Notes: generated from the sequence alone by a model not told the origin. A stretch of DNA of 64,000 nucleotides from Candidatus Levyibacteriota bacterium (GCA_027459725.1 DAIDHK010000004.1:7050-71049); one strand, 5' to 3'; numbered from the stretch's first letter, positions 19,597-29,986 are shown. Program-made: numbers and translations.

Positions 19597-20358
19597 ATGG
19601 CTGAGAGAGTAAACACGATAAATATTGCATATTTTAAGCAACTTTGGAAACTATACGGCATAAACCGCTCTGAATATCTATTACTGAAATACATTGCCAG
19701 AACAACTGGAAGTGATGGATGGTCTCACGCACGCCTTAAAACAATTGCTAATGATTTGGGTCGAAGTGTAAAAGCTAAATTCATTTCAAAACTTATGAAA
19801 CGGCTCTCACATGAACGATATGCACACAGTAGAATTATTTCTCCTTTACTTGAACGAAAAAACAAGAGTACACGCTTACTTTTCCAGTGGGATGAAGATT
19901 CATATAAAGCAGAACTAGGAGGGTATTTAACAGCAATGGTTGGTGCGCAGAAAGAGTCTGGGCTAACACTTTTGCAACATAACGTGCTAAGGATAGTTGA
20001 AAACTATGCACGAAAACAGGGGTATAGCTGTAACTATCACAATCAAGGAATATGGCTTTCCTGGACAGATATTTCAAGAGCAGATATTGCAAATAAAGTG
20101 AATATAAAGGCTCAAAACGTGAAGCGCATGATTGATAGATTAAGGGTATTAAGAAGAATTGATACAGGAGCAATTTTAGATTCCGGTGGTTCAATAATAT
20201 GCAAGAAGGCAATTATAATCTTAGAGGGAGTTTTGGACATTGAAGCAAAATATGAGCTTCCAATGTCGCGCATGACAAAAAGAAATATGTTTAATAGAAA
20301 TAGGGATGATTATCGTGATAGAATCAACAATGAAAGAGATTTTGAGGAGGAATTTTAG
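19597..20358 (+). CDS. Putative replication initiator (tandem HTH-like domains)
   Basis: Two HTH-like segments (..LKTIANDLGRS.., ..SRADIANKVNI..). Iteron-like repeats directly follow the stop. GGGAG RBS. Confidence 0.5.
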   Translation: MAERVNTINIAYFKQLWKLYGINRSEYLLLKYIARTTGSDGWSHARLKTIANDLGRSVKAKFISKLMKRLSHERYAHSRIISPLLERKNKSTRLLFQWDEDSYKAELGGYLTAMVGAQKESGLTLLQHNVLRIVENYARKQGYSCNYHNQGIWLSWTDISRADIANKVNIKAQNVKRMIDRLRVLRRIDTGAILDSGGSIICKKAIIILEGVLDIEAKYELPMSRMTKRNMFNRNRDDYRDRINNERDFEEEF

Positions 20359-20363
20359 CAAAA

Positions 20364-20421
20364 TAATCATATGTACCCTTTATATAATCATTTGTACCCC
20401 TCAAAGTAATCAATTGTACCC
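20364..20421 (+). repeat. Three 15-bp iteron-like direct repeats (putative origin)
   Basis: TAATCATATGTACCC (20364), TAATCATTTGTACCC (20385), TAATCAATTGTACCC (20407); period 21-22 bp. Confidence 0.8.
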
Positions 20422-20694
20422 CTTTTACGCACCTACATATAGTTGTACATATAGAAACATGTATATACAAAACTTCGTTTTGTAAGATATTTTCTTCTAA
20501 GAAAGAAAATACCCACGTCTTTCTGTTAGTAAAGGCTGAGGTAATTCCTGCCTTCAACTACTAAAAATAATGTCTAAGGTTCTTAGACATATCAAACTAT
20601 ATCAGTTCTAAATCTTAATATATTTGACAAAACTAATGTAAACTATATGTAGTTCGGTATTGAATCGGTAGCGGTTCGGTAGCAACGAGAACAA

Positions 20695-21276
20695 ATGGAT
20701 ACAGTATTACCTGAAAACAATGATTTATGGCTTAAAGTTATGGCTAGGTATATTTCAGATACCTCTGTTTCCTATGCTCAGCTTTCAAAGGAGTTTGGGA
20801 TTTCAACTCGAGCTATCGAAAAGCATGGCTCTGAAGAAGCTTGGCCTCGAATTAGAGCCGACATCCATATTCAAGCAATGAAACGCATACAGGAAAAAAC
20901 TCTTAATGAATTGGTGAAATACAAAGAAAAGTTAATCAAAACTGGTATGCTCGTAAGCGCGAAAGCGCTAAGACAGCTAACAGAAGGAAACATTGAGCCA
21001 GAAACTCCATCAGAAGTCCTGCGCTATCTTGAGACTGGGATTCGTTTGGAAGGAGAAGGTCTAGGTTTTAATCCGCATGAACAATCTCAAAATACTACCG
21101 TTAATGTCCAAAGCAAAATTTATGCCAAACCGTACATGACATGGGCAAATGGTGAACCACTGCCACCCTACAGAAAACCAATTGAGACTTTTGAAGAGGA
21201 ACAGGCGTGGCTAAAAGAGGAAGAACTTAAAAGACAACAAGAACTTGCTCAAACTAACGGAAACACTGTAGGTTAG
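20695..21276 (+). CDS. Terminase small subunit-like HTH protein
   Basis: N-terminal W....RYI....SYAQLSKEFGISTRAIEKHG..EAW HTH followed by a helical region, as in TerS-like proteins. Confidence 0.5.
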   Translation: MDTVLPENNDLWLKVMARYISDTSVSYAQLSKEFGISTRAIEKHGSEEAWPRIRADIHIQAMKRIQEKTLNELVKYKEKLIKTGMLVSAKALRQLTEGNIEPETPSEVLRYLETGIRLEGEGLGFNPHEQSQNTTVNVQSKIYAKPYMTWANGEPLPPYRKPIETFEEEQAWLKEEELKRQQELAQTNGNTVG

Positions 21277-21407
21277 CTTTTGGAAGCTGTTGAAACGATA
21301 ATCCAATACTTAACTATGTTTTTAATAAAAATGCGCCTAAATTGATTTTGGATATCCACCGTTGACCCAAGTAATACTTATCAATTCTTTATTCTAGTGT
21401 TTTGGGA

Positions 21408-21896
21408 TTACATTCCAAGGAGCTGTTTCTTCTTTACGGCAAATTCTTTTTCAGTGATTATACCTTTCTTCTTTAGTTGTGCTAATTTTTCTAACTTATC
21501 AAGGTTATCATCTTTTGCTTCTATCGATTGGCTAATTGATTTATGCTTCCCAAGTGCATTTACTCTCTGTTGAATATCGGCTTTTAATTTTTCGGGGTTA
21601 ATTATTCCTTTTACAACTTCTCCTAAAGCATCGTTACCGCTGAGGATAATAACATCTCCAAAATTTAATATACTCCCTAGAAATCCTTGTTCAATTTTAA
21701 TTGAGTTTATCTTGTCGTAATTTATAGATATGTTTCTTTTATTGATTATTCCTCGTTTCAGAACTACCGCTTCATCTGTCAAAACTATGTAGTTTCTTGT
21801 ATATCCAATTACATCTAGCCATGTTTGAGGCATAAGTATCCTAAGTGGATTTGTTCCAGTAATCGAAAATGGACTTCTTCTATAAATGACTTCCAT
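21408..21896 (-). CDS. Bacterial PH-domain (bPH_2) plus C-terminal SHOCT protein
   Basis: GII....SI.Y.KI.SI.IEQG.LG.ILNFG and LEKLAQLKKKGIITEKEF..KKKQLL. Confidence 0.8.
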   Translation of the reverse strand: MEVIYRRSPFSITGTNPLRILMPQTWLDVIGYTRNYIVLTDEAVVLKRGIINKRNISINYDKINSIKIEQGFLGSILNFGDVIILSGNDALGEVVKGIINPEKLKADIQQRVNALGKHKSISQSIEAKDDNLDKLEKLAQLKKKGIITEKEFAVKKKQLLGM

Positions 21897-21905
21897 AATA
21901 TTATT

Positions 21906-21981
21906 GACCTACAGTCAACATTATATAACTGTCAGTAAAAGAAAATCAAGATATTAGCCTCTATATTGTTGACTGTCAGTA
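21906..21981. promoter_or_regulatory. Three C-box-like operator sites between divergent genes
   Basis: GACCTACAGTC (21906-21916), AACTGTCAGTA (21927-21937), GACTGTCAGTA (21971-21981). Confidence 0.55.
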
Positions 21982-22018
21982 AATACACTTTCAAATGCCT
22001 CCTTGTTACCCTTAAAGC

Positions 22019-22249
22019 ATGAATAAAATAAGCAACAACGAAGGTAGCAAAGCTCTTTCTCTAGGATATACCATTAAAGAGCTAAGATTGCGAAGAAAGA
22101 TGACGCAAGAGAAATTAGCAGAAAAGACAGGAATTTCACAAAATTACCTAGCAATTATTGAAATGGGTGCTAAGATTCCAAGCCTAAGAGTTCTTATGAA
22201 GATAGCCGATTCACTACAAACAAAAGTAAAAGACCTAATTTCTTTTTAA
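22019..22249 (+). CDS. XRE-family HTH regulator (controller/C-protein-like)
   Basis: LG..IKELR....MTQEKLAEKTGISQNYLAIIEMG...PSL..L.KIA..L. Confidence 0.9.
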   Translation: MNKISNNEGSKALSLGYTIKELRLRRKMTQEKLAEKTGISQNYLAIIEMGAKIPSLRVLMKIADSLQTKVKDLISF

Positions 22250-22297
22250 TTTCCTCTTTTAGGATATAGTCTGCTGTGGTAAGATTGTAGGTAAGTT

Positions 22298-23929
22298 ATG
22301 CCGCAATTTACATGGATTGGAAAAGATAAAGTTGAAAATCACGATAAAGACTTGTCATTCAGAGTACTTAAACCAAATAAATCCTTATCTGTTGGTGATT
22401 CAGACAACCTTCTTATTGAAGGAGATAACCTCGAAGCACTAAAAGCTTTAATGCCCTTTTATTACAACAAGGTTAAATGTATTTATATTGACCCTCCCTA
22501 CAATACTGGGAATGAAAAATGGGTTTATAACGATAAAGTAAATTCGCCACAAATTAAGAAATGGTTAAATTCAGTGGTCGGAATTGAAGATTTAGAAAGA
22601 CACGACAAATGGTTATGCATGATGTATCCAAGATTAAAATTATTACACGAATTACTTGGGGACGATGGAGTGATTTTTATCTCAATAGATGACAATGAGG
22701 TAAATAATTTACGCTTGATGATGGATGAAATTTTCAGCCCAAAGAATTTTGTGTCGCTTATTAGTGTTCAGATTAACCCTAGAGGCAGAAGCCTAGATAG
22801 ATTTTTAGCAAAAACCCATGAATATATTCTTCTATATGCAAAGAATATTGAAAACGATAATGCAATAAATCTTATTCCTAAGGAGGGCATATCTTTGAAG
22901 AGTTATAACAGGAAAGACGAAAAAGGAATTTATAGAGAGTTAGAGTTAAGAAATAGAAATCCGGTTTTCGGTAGAAATAATCGTCCCAATCTGTATTATC
23001 CGCTCTATGTTAATCCAAGCAGCGGGAAGATTAGTTTAAGCAAATCTAATGATTACACAATTGAAGTATTTCCTCTTAACTCAAAAAGGGAGGAGGGATG
23101 TTGGACTTGGGGAAAAAATAAAGTAGCGTCAGAAATTAACAAATTAGTCGGCAAAAAGGTATCCACAGGAGTTTGGAGAATTGCTAGAAAAGATTATTTA
23201 TACAATGAAGAGGGAGTAGAATCCTTAGCAAAAGCTAAAGCGATATGGTTAGATTCGGAATTCAATAATGAAAATGGCAAGGAAACAATGAGAAAAATTT
23301 TCGGAGGCAATTCCCCATTTGATTACCCTAAATCAGTTGAACTAATTAAGCACTGTATTAAATTGGGTTCAAAAAATAACGATATAATACTCGATTCATT
23401 TGCTGGGTCAGGGACAACTGGTCAAGCTGTTTTGGAATTAAATAAAGAAGATGGTGGAAGTAGAAAATTCATTTTGGTTGAACTTGAAAAAGAAATTGCT
23501 AGTAAAGTAACTGCAACGCGCTTACAAAAAGTTATTCAAGGCTATGATGGGGCGTTATTCCCTGAAGGAACTGGGCAAGGCTTTCAATATCTTGACCTCA
23601 ACGGCGAACTTTTTGACAATGGTGGTTTTATTAATCCAAATGCTCAATATGAGGACTTAGCTTCATATATCTACTTTACCGAAACTCATAGCTATCTTGA
23701 TTTAGCTTCTATTAAAAATCTGTATCTTGGGAGCATGGGACAAAATCATTACTTCCTTTTATTCTCAAGCAAAGGTAAAAATGTGCTGGATGATAAATCC
23801 GTAAAACCTATGCTAACTCAAGATGGAACTAAAGTAATCTATGCGGATAAGTGCTTGTTGGATGAAGAGTTTTGTCTCAAAAACAATATTATCTTTAAAC
23901 AAATTCCTTATGAACTAAAGAAATTTTAA
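22298..23929 (+). CDS. mod: Type III R-M DNA methyltransferase (Mod)
   Basis: IEGDNLEALK, IYIDPPYNTG and DSFAGSGTT (beta-class N6A MTase). Confidence 0.92.
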   Translation: MPQFTWIGKDKVENHDKDLSFRVLKPNKSLSVGDSDNLLIEGDNLEALKALMPFYYNKVKCIYIDPPYNTGNEKWVYNDKVNSPQIKKWLNSVVGIEDLERHDKWLCMMYPRLKLLHELLGDDGVIFISIDDNEVNNLRLMMDEIFSPKNFVSLISVQINPRGRSLDRFLAKTHEYILLYAKNIENDNAINLIPKEGISLKSYNRKDEKGIYRELELRNRNPVFGRNNRPNLYYPLYVNPSSGKISLSKSNDYTIEVFPLNSKREEGCWTWGKNKVASEINKLVGKKVSTGVWRIARKDYLYNEEGVESLAKAKAIWLDSEFNNENGKETMRKIFGGNSPFDYPKSVELIKHCIKLGSKNNDIILDSFAGSGTTGQAVLELNKEDGGSRKFILVELEKEIASKVTATRLQKVIQGYDGALFPEGTGQGFQYLDLNGELFDNGGFINPNAQYEDLASYIYFTETHSYLDLASIKNLYLGSMGQNHYFLLFSSKGKNVLDDKSVKPMLTQDGTKVIYADKCLLDEEFCLKNNIIFKQIPYELKKF

Positions 23930-23930
23930 T

Positions 23931-26243
23931 ATGTTTCAATTAAAACAATACCAACAAACTACACTTGATGAATTAAAACAATTTCTTACCGACGCTTCTA
24001 CGTTAAAAGGCTCAAGAGGCATAAGGCTCGCATTTTTAGATAAAGCGGGAGAAGAAGGAAAAGCATATAAACCAATTCCAAAACTTGAAGAAACTCCATT
24101 TATTTGCATAAAAATTCCTACTGGTGGAGGAAAAACTGTTGTTGCGTGTCATAGCCTTTCAGTTATTCTTGATAATTACTTTCAAGAGAAAAATGGAACA
24201 GGACTTGTTATGTGGTTTGTGCCATCTGATGCTATCCGTAACCAAACACTCAAAGCCTTGAAAGACAGAAACCACCCATACCGGGAAGCATTGGATTCTC
24301 AGTTTGGTAATAACATAAAGATTTTTACTGTAGAAGAAGCTCTTTCCCTTCAAAAATCAGATATTCAAAATAACCTTTGTATTGTTGTTTCTAGTCTTGC
24401 AGCATTCAGAAGAAATGATAAGTTGTGGCTAAAAGTTTTCCAAAGTAATGGCGCTTTGCTTTCTCATTTTGAGAATCTCGTTGAGGATACTAACTTTTTA
24501 GATAAAGACGAAGAAGGAGGAATTTATTACTCTCTTGCCAATGTTATTAAAATCAACTCACCCATTGTCGTTTTAGATGAAGGACACAATGCTCAAACCC
24601 CACTTTCTTTTGAGATGCTTCAAAATCTTAACCCCTCCTTTATCATTGAATATACCGCTACACCAAGACAAGAAAGCAATGTACTTGTTGAAATTTCTGC
24701 CTCAGAATTAAAAGCACAAAAAATGGTGAAAATCCCTATCTGGCTTTCCAATGTCTCGCAATGGCAAGAAACAATCAGGGATGGAATAAACCAGTTAAAA
24801 GAGTTAGAGAAACTTGCTCTCAAAGAAAAACGTGAAACAAAAGAATATATTAGACCAATAATGCTTTTACAAGCTGAGCAAGAAAAAGAAAGTGAAAGTA
24901 AGATTTATGTTGAGCAGATTAAAGATTTTTTGACTTCCGAGCTTAAAGTTCCAGAAGATGAAATTGCAATTAAAACATCCAAGCAGGACGAAATAAGCAA
25001 TATTGACCTTTTATCTCCTAAATGCAAAATACGCTATATTATTACCGTTAACGCCTTAAAAGAAGGATGGGATTGTCCGTTTGCGTATGTCCTTGTTTCT
25101 GTTGCCAATATTGGCTCTACAATTGCCGTAGAACAAACCATTGGACGTATTATGCGTCTTCCTAACGCAATGGAGAAGAAAAACTTAGAACTGAATAATT
25201 CCTATGTCTTCACTTCTTCAGAAAACTTTAGAAAAGCTTCAGATGCGATAATCAAAGGTCTTGAACAGCATGGCTACTCAAAAGAGGATTTAAAAGAAAA
25301 CAAAGGTAAAATTGTCGTTGAAAAAGAAGAATACAAACAAGTGATTAAAGATGACAGCATTGAAATACCTTTGTTTGGACTCAAAGGAAGGACAGATAGT
25401 CTTGCTTTTAATAGAGACTTAATCGGAAACGAATTTTTGCTTGAAAAGTTTTACAAACCATTTGATATTAACTTTCATGAAGACCAGAATAGGAAAGCAA
25501 GAATTGATATAGACGAAAAAAATGGTCTTTTCAAAATCACGCAAGGAAAATTATCATTAATTTTATATCCTGAAGACTTTTCACTTGAGGAAGTAACAAA
25601 CTGGCTTAAAAGAAACGTGAGAAAACCAATTATAGCTTCCGAGGAAATGGCTGTATATATTGATTTGTTAATTAAGGATTTGTCTAAAACGCATAGCATA
25701 GAAGAACTAAGTCTTAATCGGTTTAGGCTAAAAGAGCGAATTTTAGAAGAAGTGTCAAAAATCATACAGGAGTACGCGACAAAACGATTTGATACGCTGT
25801 TAAATAAAGGTGAAATATCAGTACACTCTGCCTACTACACTCCAGAAAAAGAAATTTCTTTAGCAAGAATTTGCCCGGAACATTTCAATAAGCACTTGTT
25901 TGAAAGAGCAGGAAATTTAAATGGAGAAGAAACTGAACTTGCTTCAAGGCTGGATATACTGGATAACATTGAGTGGTGGTACAGAAACAGAGAGAAAGAG
26001 GATTTTTACCTTCAAGGCTGGCAATCTGGTAAATTTTACCCTGATATTATTGTCAAAACAAAAAAAGGAGATTATTTATTAATTGAGTATAAGGGAGAGG
26101 ACAGATTATCAAATGAAGATACTGAGTACAAGGTAAAACTAGGAAAGCTATGGGAGAAGATGAATGAAAATGGAAATAAATTTTTCTTGGTTAGCAAAGC
26201 AAATATGGATGATGTATTAAAGCAAATGGCTTTATTAAAATAG
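23931..26243 (+). CDS. res: Type III R-M restriction subunit (Res; SF2 helicase plus PD-(D/E)xK)
   Basis: PTGGGKT, DEGH, TATP, LKEGWDCP, QTIGRIMR and C-terminal YPDII...EYKG. Confidence 0.92.
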   Translation: MFQLKQYQQTTLDELKQFLTDASTLKGSRGIRLAFLDKAGEEGKAYKPIPKLEETPFICIKIPTGGGKTVVACHSLSVILDNYFQEKNGTGLVMWFVPSDAIRNQTLKALKDRNHPYREALDSQFGNNIKIFTVEEALSLQKSDIQNNLCIVVSSLAAFRRNDKLWLKVFQSNGALLSHFENLVEDTNFLDKDEEGGIYYSLANVIKINSPIVVLDEGHNAQTPLSFEMLQNLNPSFIIEYTATPRQESNVLVEISASELKAQKMVKIPIWLSNVSQWQETIRDGINQLKELEKLALKEKRETKEYIRPIMLLQAEQEKESESKIYVEQIKDFLTSELKVPEDEIAIKTSKQDEISNIDLLSPKCKIRYIITVNALKEGWDCPFAYVLVSVANIGSTIAVEQTIGRIMRLPNAMEKKNLELNNSYVFTSSENFRKASDAIIKGLEQHGYSKEDLKENKGKIVVEKEEYKQVIKDDSIEIPLFGLKGRTDSLAFNRDLIGNEFLLEKFYKPFDINFHEDQNRKARIDIDEKNGLFKITQGKLSLILYPEDFSLEEVTNWLKRNVRKPIIASEEMAVYIDLLIKDLSKTHSIEELSLNRFRLKERILEEVSKIIQEYATKRFDTLLNKGEISVHSAYYTPEKEISLARICPEHFNKHLFERAGNLNGEETELASRLDILDNIEWWYRNREKEDFYLQGWQSGKFYPDIIVKTKKGDYLLIEYKGEDRLSNEDTEYKVKLGKLWEKMNENGNKFFLVSKANMDDVLKQMALLK

Positions 26244-26256
26244 CCTAATCAATTTT

Positions 26257-27210
26257 ATGCCAATTTATAAAAATAGTAATGGCAAACTTACGCCTATTAA
26301 AGAACAGAGGGTATCCCTTGAGAGAGATTTGCAAAAGTTAACAGAGGCTAATTTGGAAAATATTTTTGGGTTAACTTTTATAAGTGGAGCCTCAAATCAA
26401 GAATTTAGTGTTCGAGTAAATGAGCAGGATTTTTACCTTGATACTCTTGCATTTGATGCCTCTAAAAATTCCTTTGTCATAATTGAATACAAGAAGGATA
26501 AAAGTTTTAGTGTCATTGACCAAGGTTTTGCCTATCTTGCTGCAATGCTTAATAATCAAGCTGCATTTATTTTGGAATTGAATGAGAGATTAAAGAAAAC
26601 TTATACCAGGAAAGATATTAACTGGGAAGAATCGAGAGTTATCTTTATTTCTCCTGAATTTACAAACTATCAAAAGAACGCTATCAACTTTAAGGATTTA
26701 CCAATGTATCTTTATGAGGCTCGATTTTACGATAATGAATTAGTTGAGTATGACCCTATTAAACCTTATAAGACCAGTGAATCTATACGTAAAATCTCAA
26801 AGGATAAAGTAATTCAAACCGTCACAAAACAAGTAAAAGTCTACACCTTAGATGACCTTTTTGCGCCTTCATGGACAGATTCCCGCGAACTCTTTAATCA
26901 GCTTCAAGAATTGATAATAAAACTAGGCGCAGATGTTTCCGAAAATATAACGAAACAATATATTGCCTTTAAGGCAAAGAAGAATGGACAAGGCTATAAT
27001 TTTGTTGAAGTTGTACCACAAGCCAACGGTCTAAAAATACACTTAGATATGTCTAAAAATGAACTAAAAGACGACAGGAATATTACAGAAGACGTCTCAA
27101 AAAAAGGACATTGGGCTACGGGAAATACTAAATTTAGCTTAAACGATAGTGAAAATCTCGAATATGCCATTAAGCTAATTGAACAAAGTTATAACAAAGT
27201 TACAAGATAA
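26257..27210 (+). CDS. NucS-like PD-(D/E)xK nuclease fused to DUF5655 domain
   Basis: LERDLQ, LDTLAFD..FVIIEYKK...Q..AY and C-terminal K.YIAFK...DVS.KGHWATG. Confidence 0.75.
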   Translation: MPIYKNSNGKLTPIKEQRVSLERDLQKLTEANLENIFGLTFISGASNQEFSVRVNEQDFYLDTLAFDASKNSFVIIEYKKDKSFSVIDQGFAYLAAMLNNQAAFILELNERLKKTYTRKDINWEESRVIFISPEFTNYQKNAINFKDLPMYLYEARFYDNELVEYDPIKPYKTSESIRKISKDKVIQTVTKQVKVYTLDDLFAPSWTDSRELFNQLQELIIKLGADVSENITKQYIAFKAKKNGQGYNFVEVVPQANGLKIHLDMSKNELKDDRNITEDVSKKGHWATGNTKFSLNDSENLEYAIKLIEQSYNKVTR

Positions 27211-27258
27211 ATTGTACTAAAATTAAACACATATTACAGGAATCAATTTTGGGAAAAA

Positions 27259-28002
27259 TTACCTTTGCTTCTTAAAATTATCCAGTGATTTTAATCCTCT
27301 TTGCACACCAGTCAATTGTCCAGGAATTTGATTAGCTTTAACATAATTATCAAATGCTACTAAGATTTGGTTTACAAAATTAACAAGCTTGTCTAGGCAA
27401 CCATCAATCTCTCCACTTAAGACCCATGCTAAATGCACATTCTTCCATTCGTCTTCACTTGGGGAATACAGACGTTCTTTTGAGGGATGTTCAACTAAAT
27501 CCCTATTTGTAAGAATTTTCTGAAGGCAGTCTGGTACGGGAAGTTTGAGGCTTAAATTTTTAAGAAGAATTGATAATCGTTCATAGATTGTAAAATTCTC
27601 CCAAGGCACTTCAACCTTACCACCCTTATGAATGTGAATATTATTTATCATTGTTAACATTTCTGTAGTCATGTATTCAAAAGCAAGTTTGGTAAAAATA
27701 AGAAATTGCATTGAAGCAAATTCTAGGTCGTCTCTTAATTGGTCATCTAATAAACGGGTATTATCATTTCCTACCGGTAATGCCCTTGCTTTATTTAGTA
27801 AATCTAAGACATCGTTATAAAAGTTTGCACTTTTAGAGAGGAGCATTGAATGCCTGTGATATTGAACAAAATAATATTTTCCCCAAACATTGTCCTTTGA
27901 AGGCTGAACTAGAGCTATATTTGCTCCTTTTGCGTGAGGCTTTGCTAGCGCAGGGTCAGAGATATTTCGTAATTTACTACCCTTAATGGTTTGCTTTTTC
28001 AT
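27259..28002 (-). CDS. HEPN-like domain protein
   Basis: Helical, with RxxxxH motif RDLVEH. Confidence 0.55.
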   Translation of the reverse strand: MKKQTIKGSKLRNISDPALAKPHAKGANIALVQPSKDNVWGKYYFVQYHRHSMLLSKSANFYNDVLDLLNKARALPVGNDNTRLLDDQLRDDLEFASMQFLIFTKLAFEYMTTEMLTMINNIHIHKGGKVEVPWENFTIYERLSILLKNLSLKLPVPDCLQKILTNRDLVEHPSKERLYSPSEDEWKNVHLAWVLSGEIDGCLDKLVNFVNQILVAFDNYVKANQIPGQLTGVQRGLKSLDNFKKQR

Positions 28003-28011
28003 GTTTATACC

Positions 28012-29229
28012 TTATGACTTTTGGAGCCAATTGTAAATAGCAGTGCGGGTTATATAGAATAAATCTTCTTGAAGTTTTCTCTGGTCATCTTTTTTTGCAT
28101 CCATTCCAAAATGCCAAGGTTCTAAGTCTGATTGTAACAAATCCATACCATGTGCAAGCTGTGACCTGATTTTGTAAATTGTTTTCTTGGCTAATGGGTA
28201 TTGGTCAATATTTGGAACATTTTCTTTTAAGAATTCCTGGAAGTGTTTTGTAATGTGATAGCGGGGTTGTCCACAACACTTACAAATATCTTCATTCTGT
28301 AAAAGCGGTTGATTGCAACATTTACAAACTTCTTTATCTTGAGTAAGGCATTCAAGTGCAGTAACCAGTTCTATAAATGCAGATGATTGAGACTCTTGCC
28401 AAGTATACGAGTGTTGGGCATACCAACTACATGCCATGAAAAACTTTCTCCATTTCGTATTATCCAGCGAGAAAGCCTTATCTAAAGATGCTTCTAAATT
28501 ATCAGGTAGTTTAAATGCGTCAAGCGACCTACCTTGAGATGAATAATATTTTTTATATTCCTCTCTTTCTATTGGCTTAAAGTCATCTAAGGATGAGAAT
28601 TTACCAGCGTTATCTGGTAAGCTTTTAGGGAAATATCCTAACTGAACCCATTTCGTTGTCGCATTGTTTAGGTCATCTGTATTTATATAAGCCCATGCTG
28701 ATTGGTTATATCGATTACCAAGCCAAATATGCTGGTTTACTAACTGATTTAATAATCGAGAGTAAATGGTAGCTCTTTCTGTTAGTCGATTGTTGTTAAA
28801 TAAGAAATTTGAACTCTTTTTAATCTTAATTTCCAAAACAAAAGGGTGGTCTGCAATTGCTAAATCTGCTTTTGGTGCGCTATCAGGAACTGGGAGTATC
28901 TGAAATAAATCATTATACTTAAAATAGCCTGTTACTCTTTCGGTACAAAATCCAATTACTTGTCTAACAACTTCTCCATGGTCAGTAATAAGATTGTCTT
29001 GAATTTTCTTTTCGAGTTGGAAGAGTTCATCTTCTGGAAAATCCTTTGAGAGATTATACTCTTTTATACTACCGTCGTCGTTACAAACTAAATCAACATA
29101 AACATTTGAGTTTTGTTTCCCATACCTATAAGTAAATTCCCCTGTATTCTGCGCTAGATTGAAATACATTAACAATATTTGCATTAACTCTTGAGGTTTC
29201 ACTTCATTGATGTGCAAATAATCTTTCAT
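28012..29229 (-). CDS. ApeA-like HEPN protein with zinc-ribbon insert
   Basis: F..LVTALECL, CKCC..CKCC, and Y.IRSQLAHG (RxxxxH). Confidence 0.65.
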   Translation of the reverse strand: MKDYLHINEVKPQELMQILLMYFNLAQNTGEFTYRYGKQNSNVYVDLVCNDDGSIKEYNLSKDFPEDELFQLEKKIQDNLITDHGEVVRQVIGFCTERVTGYFKYNDLFQILPVPDSAPKADLAIADHPFVLEIKIKKSSNFLFNNNRLTERATIYSRLLNQLVNQHIWLGNRYNQSAWAYINTDDLNNATTKWVQLGYFPKSLPDNAGKFSSLDDFKPIEREEYKKYYSSQGRSLDAFKLPDNLEASLDKAFSLDNTKWRKFFMACSWYAQHSYTWQESQSSAFIELVTALECLTQDKEVCKCCNQPLLQNEDICKCCGQPRYHITKHFQEFLKENVPNIDQYPLAKKTIYKIRSQLAHGMDLLQSDLEPWHFGMDAKKDDQRKLQEDLFYITRTAIYNWLQKS

Positions 29230-29349
29230 AATTTATAAGGTAATTATACCAAAGCTCAATATTATAAAAACGTTCCTTTATATTTCCCACTATCATAAAA
29301 AGAAAAGGCTTGCATTGGCTATAGGATTTCATATAATAAAATTATTAAC

Positions 29350-29985
29350 ATGACGTTTTCATTAAATCCAAGCTCTAATCCTACTACCAAAGCCTTTGCT
29401 TACCTTCGCGTTTCTACTGCTCTACAAGACCTAGAAAAGAATAAATCAGCTATTTTAGAGCTTGCCAACACAAAACACTTAGGCCATGTTGAATTCATAT
29501 CCGAGCAAGTCTCTGGCAAAATCACTTGGAGAAAGCGTAAGATTGCAGAACTTTTGGATAGTATGCAAAAAGGAGATAGCCTTATTGTCTCAGAGCTATC
29601 AAGGCTTGGCAGAAGTATGCTTGAGTGTATGGAAATACTCTCTGTAGCAATGCAGAAACAAATAAATGTCTTTTCAATAAAGGGCAATTGGGAGCTTAAC
29701 AATTCCATTCAAAGCAAACTTGTGGCAATGTGCTTCTCAATGGCAAGCGAAATTGAGCGTGATTTAATCAGCCAACGCACTAAGGAAGCACTCAGGGTAA
29801 AAAAACTTGCTGGAATCAAGTTAGGACGTCCAAAAGGCATTGGTAAAAGCAAACTTGACCAATATTCCATTGAAATTACCGCCCTTCTTAAAAACGGTTC
29901 AACCAAAGAGTTCATAGCAAAACGCTACAATACAACTCCTGCAAATCTTCATCACTGGCTCAAAAAGCGAGGGACACAGTATTAA
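29350..29985 (+). CDS. Small serine recombinase (resolvase/invertase) with C-terminal HTH
   Basis: YLRVSTALQ, SG, ELSRLGRS, ERDLISQRTKEAL and GRPKG motifs. Confidence 0.92.
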   Translation: MTFSLNPSSNPTTKAFAYLRVSTALQDLEKNKSAILELANTKHLGHVEFISEQVSGKITWRKRKIAELLDSMQKGDSLIVSELSRLGRSMLECMEILSVAMQKQINVFSIKGNWELNNSIQSKLVAMCFSMASEIERDLISQRTKEALRVKKLAGIKLGRPKGIGKSKLDQYSIEITALLKNGSTKEFIAKRYNTTPANLHHWLKKRGTQY

Positions 29986-29986
29986 G

